DNA of 56,276 nucleotides, filler included, from Perkinsus olseni (lineage: Eukaryota): assembly GCA_013115125.1 (NCBI GenBank). It is 4 parts of 4 records of this genome, joined end to end, with 100 filler letters (N's around TTAATTAATTAA, not from the genome) between each part and the next. Parts side by side here need not be neighbours in the genome. Positions count along the whole stretch, not along the records: positions 1 to 14,103 come from JABANN010000737.1; positions 14,204 to 28,272 come from JABANN010000738.1; 2 more parts are not named here. One strand, written 5' to 3'. Below, piece by piece: positions 9,248 to 20,798 of the stretch; positions within the stretch are counted from its first letter, which is position 1, and each line of letters opens with the position of its first letter. A model generated the notes under the pieces. It saw nothing but the letters and a program-made list of their open reading frames with translations. It was not told the origin of the DNA and did not search any database. A program made the position numbers and the translations under genes.

Positions 9248-11589
9248 ATGAAGGCGGCCACTCCACCGGGGAGCACTGCGGGAGGAGAGGCGAGGAGCGA
9301 GGCATCCAGCGGTGGTGAGCTTGCGACGTCGTTCCTCCTTGGGCTGGGTGGGGTATGTTGCCCTCCTCACAGATGCGTACGAGACACCCCTTTCTAGCAC
9401 GCCAGCGGACTTGGGGATAACCTTCGAGCTCGTATCGCATGCTAATGCCACCGAGGAGAAAATGTTGAAGTTGTTGGTTGTGAAGAACATCTTCTCGAGG
9501 CAGCTCCCTCGGGTACGCGAGATGCTGGTTCTGCCATCGACAAAGCCGTCCATTGGTTGCAGATGCCAAAAGCCTACCTGTCGAGGCTCATGTTCGACAG
9601 CAAGCACGAGACGATGGTCATGATTCGAGGCGAGTAGGTCCTTCAGGGGTTCAGCGGCGCTCACAGCTTGACCGTGCATCATATCGTTACTTGAGTGCTA
9701 TGGTCGTCAGCTCGATACTTGGCGGCTGTTGTTTCCGACAATTCCAAACTCATTTCATCGAGATTGCCTTCTTGGCGGTGCGGTCAGTTCATCAGGTGAG
9801 CAGCCCTGTACGGACGAAATAGCACCCTATGCAATGCTCAGATACAAGGCAATGGGACGAGGTTGATGAACCACATGAAAGAGTACGCGCCTCGGCCCTC
9901 CTCCACAGCGAAGGCGACGCCTTGTGTCCGTCAGGTACGCCAAGTCCATTGGTGTCCACTACTTCCTAACGTACGCTGACAACCACGGTACGGTCACTAG
10001 AGTTCGCACTGCAGCGCTCGATGGCATGGGCTCTCTTCTCAGCTATTGGCTACTTCAAACGTCAGGGCTTCACGAAGCATCTTTCTTTCCCGAAAGCGCA
10101 GTGGAACGGGTAAGAGTCGGTTGTAGGCGCTCACATTCTTGACCAGTACTGCACAGGTTCATCAAAGACTATGACGGCGGAAGTCTCATGGGGTGTAAGC
10201 TTTTCGAGAATGTAAGGTCGATGGGCATAGGATTGAACACGATGCTTAATCGATTACTATGCCGCAGGATTACTACTGCAGATTGATACGGGGCCTGTTG
10301 ATGTTGCTTAGATTAACTATCTGGCCCTCGGAACCTGTCTCGAGGAGCTTGCCCAGAAGGTTTGGGATGACTTGATGTGAGCAATCTTCCAGGACGGGAG
10401 CTTCTCCATATAGCCATTGTGTTCAGGCACTGCAGGCCGCCCGAGGAGGCATATGAAGGCCTGGACTTCAGTGATGGAGTTGCGAAAGGTGCCACCGCAC
10501 AGTCCTCTCGGTGAGAGATCCTTTAGCAGATCCAATGTCGATCCCTGGAGTCATGGAGTGTGGCTGGATACCCGAACTGGACGAAGTGCATCAGAGCAAC
10601 CGGCCAAGTAAACGACACGTTTTCGCTTCTGTTAGGGTTGGTCTTTTCTATCAAGCTCGGCCCTTCTGTTTGTGCTTGGTAGCGGTGCCGTGATAGCTCC
10701 CCCCAGCGCGCTGAATAGCGCAGGTTCAAGTGGAAATGCATGAACGTAGGTACACTGCAAGGTCAGATGTCCAGTATCATCACCTCGGTGTCGAAGAAAC
10801 CTTTCGGTAAAGAGTGGTAGCGTATTCACTAACCCTCACGATTTGTCCCCTGATCAGCGTGGCCTTTCCGAGAGCCCGTTAGCCTCAAGGAAGCGCCGAA
10901 TTACTATGAGGTTATAGCCAACCCGATGGATCTTCAAACCATGAAAAACAAATGTGACAGCGTAGGTCTCCATGGGCTCAGTCCGGTTTCCAGTCGACGA
11001 TATCCTATTGCTCACTTATGATGAACTGCAGCTCGGGGTCTGTCTGTCGTATCACCGATGCTGGATGCTCCCTCGCCCTAGCTCCGACCGATTTGGATCA
11101 TCCTAAGGCAGCTGCCTTACAACGCGGTCGCCGATCTCGGCTGGAGTTCGTCACCTTTATCCCGGTACCCCGCGACTGGCACGATTTCCGTGTGAACTGC
11201 GTTTCTAGCATTCGCGAGAGGCTGCAACTGCCGAGTTCCGGAGGCCGCTGACACGATCGTTCCACACCCTCCATTTCCGATTTCCTCAGGGCCAGTATCA
11301 GACTCGAGAGCAGTTCATTGCGGATATTGACCTCATGCGGGAAAATTGTATAACGTTCAACGGCAGGAACAGCGAATACACTAAGTGGGAGGAACGCGGC
11401 TGTTGTGTGCATGGGCAGCATGGTGGTTTTGTCCTCAGGCGGGCCAATGAGGTTCACGAGTATGTTGTATCACGGGCTAAGAAGCTCGCTTGTTACATCA
11501 GTGAAGCGTCGGTCCGGAGCGCTCGCACATCCCAAGCGACCACCCCGGAGAGTTCCGAGAAGAATAATACGGAAACTAATTTAACGTAG
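9248..11589 (+). CDS. GCN5: GCN5 histone acetyltransferase (GNAT domain plus C-terminal bromodomain), multi-exon
   Basis: [81 protein letters not shown]. Bromodomain [29 protein letters not shown]...ENCITFN. Confidence 0.95.
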
Positions 11590-11798
11590 AAGTAGATTGG
11601 CGTTGCGTTCGAAGCAACCTGGGCCTTGCAGCAGAGCACTCACACACAACAACTACCTGGTCTGGACATCAGACGAATAACACAACTTCATGATCAATGC
11701 TCACACGGCATTTCTCGCTGCCAGATCCGACCTCTCTCCCGAACTTCCCGAGATCTCCAAGCTCTTCGTCTTGTCGTTCTCATCCCGCAAGACGACAC

Positions 11799-13888
11799 TC
11801 ATGTTGCATCGAAGGCTCCACTCTTTGCAGTCACAAATGCCGTCCGGGATAACTCTGGGTTCTTACTGTTCGGCATGGGCGGCGGAAGGGGAGGGGCCCC
11901 TGTCGGAACCACCGGGCCTCTGACGGGAGATTGCCGACTACTCGGAGACCCCAAAAGTATCGGCTCCGAGGTAGCAGCAGTTCTCGTGTACCGCTGCACG
12001 AAGTCGCTGACGTCAACCTGTCCCGATTGGTTCTTCTGTGCGAGCCAGTAGATCCTGGATGCACCGCTGTTGTCCAGGTCAGGGCAGCACTTCTTGAGGA
12101 CTCGCTCGAAGCCTTGCTGGTCGACGATACCACCCATCTTGTGTGCCCCGACTGCTTTGAACCGGTCGAATAAATCCTCAGTCGCAACCTTGCCAAGTCT
12201 CTCTCGGGCCCACTGCTCAAGACCCATCACTTTGCTCTGGGAGATTGACTGGAGCCCCGCTTGAAACCTGTGTAGAGGTATCAGTCCGCCGGTCCCCGCA
12301 CTAGAACTGGCATCTGGACTCCGGGATAGAACAGTGGCCACAACCTCGGCCTCTGTGACGGAGATACTAAGGTTCATCCCAAGTAGAGCCTGCATGAAGT
12401 CATTGGGGTCTAGAGCTCCGTGCCCAGCCTTATCAAATTTTGCGAAGGCTTGCACCCAGTTGAACTTCCGCAATATGAACTCTCGCCGAATTCTCATCAT
12501 GCATATGGTGTAGTACTCGTCGATGTCGGACGTCGTCGACATAGAGAGGGATGCCTTGCGGCGTTGAGGAGACGGTGGAGGCGGAATGGTCCTGCCTCGT
12601 TCAGACCCGCTAGGCCTCCGCGGCGGAGGTGGCGGTGGTATGGAGCTAGCCTTGGTCGGGCTCGATGCTGCGCTATTCGATGGCTTCCCTCTGGCTCCAA
12701 GTGAACCCGTCTTAACAGTGGGGACTTTTGACGCTGAAAGGGATTCTCCTGGCGGTGGCGGACCGTCGATGAAACGGCGAACATACGGATCGCTCAGTAT
12801 ATCCGATGTCGAAGGGCGCTCCTCAGCGGACTTGCATAGAAGCCGTCTGATGAGGTCATTAAGACTTGTCGAGTAAACATCAGGAGGTATCGGCTCGTAG
12901 TTATCACTGACGACTTTGTAGACAAGTCCCCACAGCGAGTCCGCTCGGAATGCGTGTTGAAGCATGCAAAGTTCATAGAGCACACATCCCAGAGCCCACA
13001 CGTCGGACTTGAAGCTGTAAGGCTCGTTACGACAGAGTTCAGGGCTCATGTAATAGGGCGTGCCAACGACAGTGAGGCAAGCTTCCATCGTACCCTCCAG
13101 TACTCGGCTGATTCCAAAATCACCGAGCTTCACTGTGGGGAACTCGTTACCGTCTTGCTGAGTGAGGAAGACGTTACTTGTCTTCAGATCCCTGTGGAGT
13201 ATCTTCCTGCTGTGGATGTATTCGAGGGCTTGAGCGCACTGAGTGAACCAAGTCATCACATGCCTCTCCGAGAAGTGTCCCCCAGCTTTCTGTTTCTGCT
13301 TCACAGCCGTGCGCAAATCTCCCATATCGCAGAAGTCCATAATGATGCCCAGAACTGAGTGAGGCGTCTCCACGACGAAGTGAGTATGGTAGGAAACGAT
13401 GTTTGGGTGTGACAACTTCTGCAGGAGGTCGACTTCTTGTTCGGCGAGTCGTCTGTCGGACTCATTGAGGACATCGAGGTTCACTAGCTTGGCCACCAGG
13501 AGTACTCCAACGTCGTCGTTCGGGTGTACAAGACACGCGCTCGCGTATTGGCCCCTGAAGCACCAATGAAGTGTGAGCAAAAGGCGCGGTTTGCAGTTAG
13601 CACTCCCCTCAAGTAAAACTGAACCCCGAAAGGAACCCCAAGTATGAGTTGAACCCAACTGCGGTCTGACTGACGATTCAGATATTTACTGACAGTTTCA
13701 AATTATTACACTCAGAACGTCTTAGTGGCACCCATTCCTTTCTAGAGAGAAGCTCATCATGTGTGTTACACATTCCCCGCTTACTTTCCAATGTATTTCA
13801 CCGACTCGTAGCCGAAAGGTTTCATGTCGACGGAGAGGCTGAGCTCCTCGCTACTGCTGCCAGCGTTCCGATCGTCCTCTTGAGCCAT
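11799..13888 (-). CDS. NIMA-related (NEK) Ser/Thr kinase with Pro-rich linker and C-terminal EF-hand-like region; exons 13785-13888 and 11799-13554
   Basis: Splicing restores YIGK|GQYASA. Motifs HRDLKTSN, DFG, VGTPYYMSPE and KSDVWALG are present. EF-hand-like segments FDKAGHGALDPNDF and QKNQSGQVDVSDF. Confidence 0.93.
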
Positions 13889-14103
13889 TCACCGGAACCG
13901 TTCAGAAAACGAAACAAGCGTCTCTTCGGCGAGAAAGTGCGCTGAATCTTGCTCAACTTGCCCTTCTTCTCTTTCCTCAGCGCATTCTCACCACGTTCAT
14001 CCAGTTTTCAAATTAGTTTATGTCAATTACATGAACAGCGGATCGAGCGTGCGAGAGTAGCGAGTGTGAAATCGCAGAGAAGGAGGATGCGCACCGTAAA
14101 GAT

Positions 14104-14203
14104 NNNNNNNNNNNNNNNNNNNNNNNNNNNNNNNNNNNNNNNNNNNNTTAATTAATTAANNNNNNNNNNNNNNNNNNNNNNNNNNNNNNNNNNNNNNNNN
14201 NNN
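14104..14203. other. Artificial contig-join linker
   Basis: N44-TTAATTAATTAA-N44, giving stops in all six frames. Confidence 0.98.
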
Positions 14204-14478
14204 TCCGAGCGAGACCAGCAATAGTAGCCGGATACGACGGAATATCATCAATAAAAGGGCTAAATTAATCATAATATTAAATAGGCATCCCACTCATCAT
14301 ACTTATATCATCACTGGGCCTATCTCGGACGCACGTCCGACACAGTACAGCCAACATCGCAAAAACTACTAAGGAAGATCAAACTGCGCTGTACGGTTGA
14401 GGAAATGCAAGTATGAGTGAGAGTGCAAGAATCACTCTCTTCGCGCAGGCTTTGCTCGGTAGTCGTCGATCACACAGG

Positions 14479-15767
14479 ATGTCAACTCGCTCATCTTCGT
14501 ACCCGCTGCTGACTGGGCTGTCATCGATTCATAAGGCTCCTAAGTGGTCTATCAGGGTAGTATCGGGGGAACGTCGGGGTTGAGCTTGGAAGATACAGAA
14601 TGGGTTGGGTTAGGGGTCACCGGCTACACCGATCGGGAGCGGAGTGTTGTCGTAACTCAGGGTCGGGGTCCGTCAAGCCTTGTAAATTCTGAAGCTGGCA
14701 GCATGCCAGGCCCTGGTACGTACGCTAGTGAGAGGGTGTCCGCCGTCGTTAGCAGGTAAGACGGCCAAGGATCAGTACAGAAAAGGTCCCCGGATCGTGA
14801 CTCATCAGGTTCACCTCTTCTCCGCAGTTCGGGTTTGGCACGGCATCTCGCGACCCTTTCGGTGGTCGCAAGAGAGGTCGAGCTGCCGTACCAGGCCCAG
14901 GGGCCTACACGCCTAACAACGCTGACATGCTATCAACTGCCAAGTGATAATGCCACCTACTCAAACGAAGCCTTCATCGGTCGTCTAGATACGCCTTTGG
15001 ACGGTCATGTCGGAGATCCATCGCTGATGGTCGAAGTGGTACCCCCGGACCGGGCGCGTATAGCCCATCGTGCTCCTTGGGAGGGCCCAGGTACCACCTC
15101 TACCTTCTGCTGCCAGCCCTGGTCATTCTAACTGTCAGCTACTCTACTGGATCTAGATGGGATGCTTCGCGGTCTACCCAGTCCATTGTACCAGGGCCAG
15201 GCCAGTAGGGTTGACGACGATGATCGCGCAGGCGTGGCGTATAGCGATCGGTAACAATCAGATATAAGGCCGCGATGGCCAATACTATATCGGGCCACGA
15301 GACTTCACCGAGTTGGGGGTTCGGCAGCTCCCAGAGGTACTGCCGCCAATACTACCTCGACACAACTTACCGGATTCTCTCTACAGGCCTCCTATTGGGT
15401 CTGCCAGCTTTGTGTCTGCTAGCCGACTAGAAGCGGATTCATCGTTGAGCCCTGGTCCGGGCACGTATGAATTGGGGACCTGCATAGGGCCGAGGACGAG
15501 TAACGAAAGCACAGCGTGAGCACGCCTGATCATCCTACTGGAGCGTAGGGTACGGCGCCTCGGCACCCCAGTTCACCATACGACAACGACGTCGGTCAAC
15601 AGGGGGCGGACGAGGTAGTTTCAGTACTTATTGCGAGTGGGGGTCATGATCGTCGTCCCGTTATCAGACCGTAGCCCTGGCCCTGGGGCTCATGGTGGTG
15701 CTTACACCCAATTCGGGTAAGTCGGTTTGCTAGTCTTGTGCAACTACTCGAATCATGTAGATACTGA
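14479..15767 (+). CDS. SHIPPO-1/ODF3-like PG-rich repeat protein (flagellar), multi-exon
   Basis: Repeated PGPG(T/A/Q)Y motifs near 14705, 14890, 15040, 15190, 15450 and 15675. Starts MSTRSSSYP...APKWSIRG and ends GGAYTQFG|Y*. Confidence 0.85.
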
Positions 15768-15900
15768 AAAGCGTCGTCTTACGACGTCATTGGCCCATGA
15801 GAGAAAGTACACTTAGACGCTTGTTGTGATGTCACTTCTATAGTAGTGCCGAGTTGAATAGGATTTGGGAGAGTATAGTACAGTTACAGCTGCCTTGCTC

Positions 15901-18900
15901 ATGCCCTTCCAACCTTCTGCTCAACCCCGGCCCGATATCACCGAGAATGAGGATGGTTACTCCTCCAAGGGCTACATGCGGTGTCTAGTGGAGTATCTTA
16001 GTAGATGTGGGGTCGGACGGTCTGCCCTTGAAGCACAAGTCTCGACGGCTCATGGTGGTAGTAAGGGAAAGGTGGAATTTTGTGGTGCAGTGACGGTATA
16101 GGTGCTGATCGTGTGAAGTTGAAGTGTTATCCGTTGGATGAGTTCTGTGCGGGAGAAGGAGCAAATGAAGAGGAGGCAACGGAGGAGGCTGCCCGGAAGG
16201 TCCTGGATGTTCTAGATGGGAAACAGCTATTGGAGGCCAGGTAGTAGCGGAGAGGTTAACAATGTCGTTTGTCATGCGTGAGGGCTAGGGTTCGATTCAC
16301 GGGTGTTCCTTTTCGCAGGGGCCGTCGTTTAAATTTAATGTTGCGGAAATATGGCGGCAACGACGCAGTGGTGGCCAATGGCGGCAATAATATGAAAGAT
16401 GTAATTTCGTACACGGCTCATCATGGCGGAGCGGAGCTGTTTTTTCATGGCAGTTGGTTGAAAAATCCAAGGATGTGGGGAGCCCCTTCTACACGCTATT
16501 AGAGGATGCAGCAGATGATGAGGGGAAGCTTCAAGGTAGCGAGGCAGTCGTCGTGGTGTTGGATGATGGTGATGCCTTGACAGATGCTAGCTTGTTGGTC
16601 TTACAGTCGTTGATGGCCTCTCCTACCGCTGAGAGCCTCTATGAGGATGCCACTGCCTTCTTGAGGAAGTAATTGGTTTGCTCGCCTAGAACTAGCGGCT
16701 ATTGAATTTCGTTCGGTCGCAGGAGAGTTTTAACTTATCAGCTCACTCACTGGGCGCGGATGGCTGGTGGAATATCGTTACACTCTCGATAGTAGTTGAC
16801 GGCGTCCTCGCTCATCTCCCCCGTTTTGTACTCAGATTGGGAGGGTCCATGCCACCTTGGGTAATGATAGATAAACCACCAGCGTGCCTTCTTGGGGCTG
16901 TTCATTGGTGCCTTCTGGCCGTTATCACTGGCCAGGTGAGTGGGGTGTCACGGAATCTTTCCAAGGGCTCCGTCTTTTGGGATTATCATTCATGAGGCCC
17001 GTTAGTTCATAGTGTCTGACTGCTCCACAGTAGTGATTTAGTGTGCATCCTCGAGATGATTGAGTGTAGTTGTGAGTGTGGTCAGGTCGATGGAGTTGTG
17101 CCACAGAGTCAAGAGGTCATCATGCCATGCTTGTTGGCATTGGAGCATGTGTAAGTTGGCCAGGACTAGAAGCGTTGAGGATTATCAAGATAGTGTGAGG
17201 CCTCAAGATTTGATGCAGGTATCTTTCCTGGGCTGCTGAGTATCCTGGCTTCTCCCAATTCTCATCCGAGCTCGTGAGATACATGCTTGTGACGCGGAAG
17301 GCTCCGATGCTTGCGAAAACGAGGTGGGAACGAACGGAGCCGGCGGAGCGATGCTTGTTTTTGTTATTAATTGTTCCAGGTTGGAGTGCTACGAGTTGCA
17401 AAGTCTGCCTTCGGAAGCTGCTAGGGACATCGCTGTACCCTACAGGCAGATAGCATGTGAGCCAGCGGAATCAGCGGAGCGAAGCGTGAATTGTTTTCGT
17501 GATTTCAGGCACTGATGCGGAGGATGCGGACAATGAGTTAGAGCTATTAGCGGAGGATATGTTTCCTCGTCCGGAGAGGATCGATTGGCTCCATCAGCAG
17601 TTCAACGAGGTCAATGAAATTGTAAGGTGGACAGTCGTCCTGCGTGTTTTACGATTTTCTGTCAGTTGATGGGCTCGCCGCTAGGTGTTGGGGGTAGGGT
17701 ATATGGCAGTCTCGTGAACGGCTTCCCGACAGCGCATAGTGATATTGATGTTGCCGTTGAATTGAGAGAAGAAGTCAAGGAGGAATTACTGTAGTAATGG
17801 AAGGTTGGTCGGAATATCCCTGAGTCTTGGTTTCTTTCTGGATCTCTGCGAGATGAGTCCCAGTAGCAGCCTTCTCGGGAGGTCCCAGGTTGAAGGGTTG
17901 GCAGACGTGTGAATATCTTCCTTAGTACGAAGCAAATTGAAGCAGCCAGGGAGGAGGCTCAAGCAGAGGGTAGTGGCTTGAGTGATAGAGAGGAGGATAA
18001 CGACAAGGAGATGACTACCAAAGCTCGAGATCGGAAGGCTACTATAGCGGCTATCGAGCTACTGGGGGAAGAGTTCGACAAGCGGGGGTGAGGGCAGCTA
18101 CTGCAGATCGTCGTAGCCGCTCCCTGTAGAAGTTCACGTTACATGGTTCTAGGTATGTTGTTAATGAAGTCGTATCAGCTCGAGTACCGATACTGTTGCT
18201 GGTTAAGGAATTCACTGGTAGGGGCTCTCTTGTCGATTGGTCGTGGCAGATTGTGACAATGGCAAGGTCCTGACGGTGAGAGGGAGAAGGTGGAGTTTAA
18301 TCTCTCTTTTGATCACGAGATTACACTTTATAATTCAAGGTTGCTGAGATGCTACGCTATGCTCAGGCCTGAGGTAAGCCTCATCAGCAGACGGAGCAAT
18401 TTCGTGGCGCAGTGACTAATATATTGTTATCAGGTACGGTCGTTGGTGGTCCTGGTCAAGCACTGGGCTAAGACCAGGGATGTCAATGATGCCCTCAACG
18501 GCACTTTTTCCAGTTACAGGTGAGGCCGTACTCCGATGGGGCGTTCAGAGACTTTCTCGACGGCTGCTACGGCGATGGCGGAGTGGAGTTTTGATTTTTT
18601 CTTTCTTAATTTCAGTTATGTCTTGCTGGTCATATTTTTCTTGCAACAGAAGGGTATATTACCTTCCTTACAAGATCCTCGCTGCTTTCGAGATGTCAAG
18701 TCGGAATGGATAGTCGATAGGTAGAGCGCAGCACCGTGTTGCGAAAGGTCCTCGGTTCGATCCACAGTGCTTTCATCTTCAAAGATTTCCAGATACGTCG
18801 ACTCGAATCAGCATCATGTATATTTCTTCGATTGGCTATCCACTGGAGTCACGGACCCGCAGGAAGCCCTCAGTCGATTCTTCCTACCAGAATACGCTCA

Positions 18901-20601
18901 TAAGTGAGAGAAAAATGCGGAGTGATGGGGTCGATCCTGCGGCCTCAGATCCGTACCGAGCCTATCGCGCCTGTTATACGAATTCTTCGATTTCTACACG
19001 GAAGTCTTCCCGAGCTACGAATCCGTCGTCGACGTCCGCTCCATCGGCCCGCCGGTGTCCAAGGAGGACTACTTCAAAACGGAGCTGGTCAAGCTGATCA
19101 AACGTATGGAAAAATGTGGTATTACCCTTATGACGTTGAGATAGCTAGAGGTGTCAGAATCCCGAGAGTGTGCAGGTAGCAGTGGTGGTGATGATGACAG
19201 TGATGAAGGGCCTTGTCCGACTCTTGATACTGTGATGGGGCTGAGACGTCGGCGTGCGTGGCTGTCTATAGCTGATCCATTCGAGGACCTCAGACTGCTC
19301 GGTGTTAGCCCGAGAGGGATGGAGAGGCTGATGCAGGAGATGAAGAGAGCTTTGGCTGTAAGCCGATGATGATGCTCCTGCTGCTGCTGCTGCTGCTGCT
19401 GCTGTCGCTTTATTGCTCCGCCTCGCTGTTATTTCATTTTTTCGTGTTTGTAGCTGCTGGATCATCCGAAGCCGAAGGTTAGTTGGATTGAACGCCTGTT
19501 TTCAACACAGAAGGTGGCCAGAGGGAAGAAGGAGTTCAACCACCCCCGCAAGGCAATCGATAGGGCGGCCCATAATTGGGGGACGTATCATGACAACAGC
19601 GTGGAGGGCATTAGGACGAGGTGAGGTTTGGCCGAGTGGTTGCGGTTGTGGGCTGGTAACCTCGAGGTTGGTGGTTCAAATCCTTATCCAGTTTCATTTA
19701 TTATAATTCAAGCGAGTCCGCCGAGGCCTTCTGCCGGAATCCTGAGCTTGATGATGCTGCCACGTGGATGGCTGTGAATAGGGCGTGGACCTGGGCTACC
19801 CGAGGGGTTCCATCGACCCACGCCATGCTGAGGTGAGTAGAGATCGAGTAGGTGTATTGTGGTATCGGTAGTGGTTGTGTAAGGTTTGATGTATTCTGCT
19901 GCCTTACCATGTTGGAGGGTGTCAACGTCACGTCTATTGAGTGCGTAGAGGCACTGCCGGGCCATAAGCTCATCAATAAGAGCAGCGCTGGAGATGGTGA
20001 TGAAGCTGAGGGCGAGGTGATGAGAGTAGTAGTGATGAACCGCTCTATAAGTTGCGCTTTAGTGTGTCTTGCTGTCATGATCATCGTGGTTTCAGTCGGA
20101 AGAGCTCAGTATGGAGGTTGTCTGCAACATACCGCGGTTCCAGCAAGACTTGGCTAATGCACGAACGATGCGTCGCTCCGCCGCCCAACCACCGACGAGG
20201 CAACGGTCTCACGGCGGCTGGACGGACGATAACAGCAGCCGGACGCAACGCAGAGACTGGGGGAATCGGCGACAACAGCAGGAGCGGCGGGCCGATCCAG
20301 ACTATGATCGACCGGAGACAGAGAACAGAGGCAAGAAGGCGCCGTATCAACCGGGAAAGGCTGAGGCACCTCAGGTTAGTCGATAGTGGCGTTATCGGGG
20401 TTGCATGTGTAAGGGTTAGGTTAATAGCCGTGACCAAGATACGGGGGCGAATCTCAGTAGAAGAGGCTTCCATGTTAAGAGCAAGCACGGCCGATCACGA
20501 GCTAAAGATGACTACAATGGCTACGGAGGAGGTAGGGAGGTTCCTGGTTCGATTCCTGGTAAGGACTATATTCAGCGAATAATTATACCCGAGGTTGGTA
20601 G
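15901..20601 (+). CDS. Cid1/TUT4-7-like terminal nucleotidyltransferase (non-canonical poly(A)/poly(U) polymerase), many exons
   Basis: VYGSLVNGFPTAHSDIDV (GS..DxD), [53 protein letters not shown] and LSIADPF. That 15901-17600 belongs to the same gene is assumed. Alternative stop at 20632. Confidence 0.88.
16238..16310 (+). pseudogene. Decayed tRNA-Asp(GTC)-like relic filling intron 16241-16318
   Basis: T8 at 16245, GTC at 16271 (+26) in loop TT-GTC-AT, and TTCGATTC at 16291 (+20): canonical spacing. Stems are mostly broken. Confidence 0.6.
18704..18775 (+). pseudogene. Decayed tRNA relic straddling the exon/intron boundary at 18720/18721
   Basis: TAG-TCG-ATAGGTA-GAGC D-arm pattern; GCGAA-AGGTC-CTCGG-TTCGATC 3' half; 5 of 7 acceptor pairs. 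Confidence 0.55.
19378..19404 (+). repeat. (CTG)9 microsatellite in an intron
   Basis: Directly visible trinucleotide run. Confidence 0.9.
19622..19694 (+). pseudogene. Decayed tRNA (Asn-like body, anticodon position GGT) filling intron 19621-19712
   Basis: A-box TGGCCGAGTGG, D-stem GCCG/CGGT fully paired, loop CT-GGT-AA, then AGGTT-GGTGG-TTCAAAT-CC, all at canonical offsets. Confidence 0.75.
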
Positions 20602-20798
20602 CGGTGATGATGAAGCCGCCCCTGTATCATGACTGCCCAGTAAACTATTACGGTGACATTGATAAATAAGATTGATCGATACTCCTCACCTGTCTCCTCC
20701 GTATTTTTCCAACTGTACCATTTCATAACCCGTGAAGGCTTCTTGTGTTGGTCAATGACCCTTTGGTCACATCGTGGCAGTCTCAGTCTACAGTAGCT

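Noticed and set aside
9230-9682. 150-aa - strand ORF
   Set aside because: Antisense shadow of GCN5 exons.
11018-11251. Box C/D snoRNA or U3 in the long GCN5 intron (ATGATGA...CTGA)
   Set aside because: The boxes are ~230 nt apart with no terminal stem and no convincing U3 boxes; an Rfam search would settle it.
13555-13658. N-terminus of the 619-aa kinase ORF as given in the ORF track
   Set aside because: Intronic; the exon at 13785-13888 restores the Gly-rich loop.
14148-14159. TTAATTAATTAA as a biological motif such as a piggyBac site
   Set aside because: Identical and centred in all three N-gaps, so it is an assembly linker.
17875-17902. GGGAGGTCCCAGGTTGAA, a tRNA-like fragment in an intron
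   Set aside because: Lacks TTC and C61 and has no matching 5' half; too weak to count among the relics.
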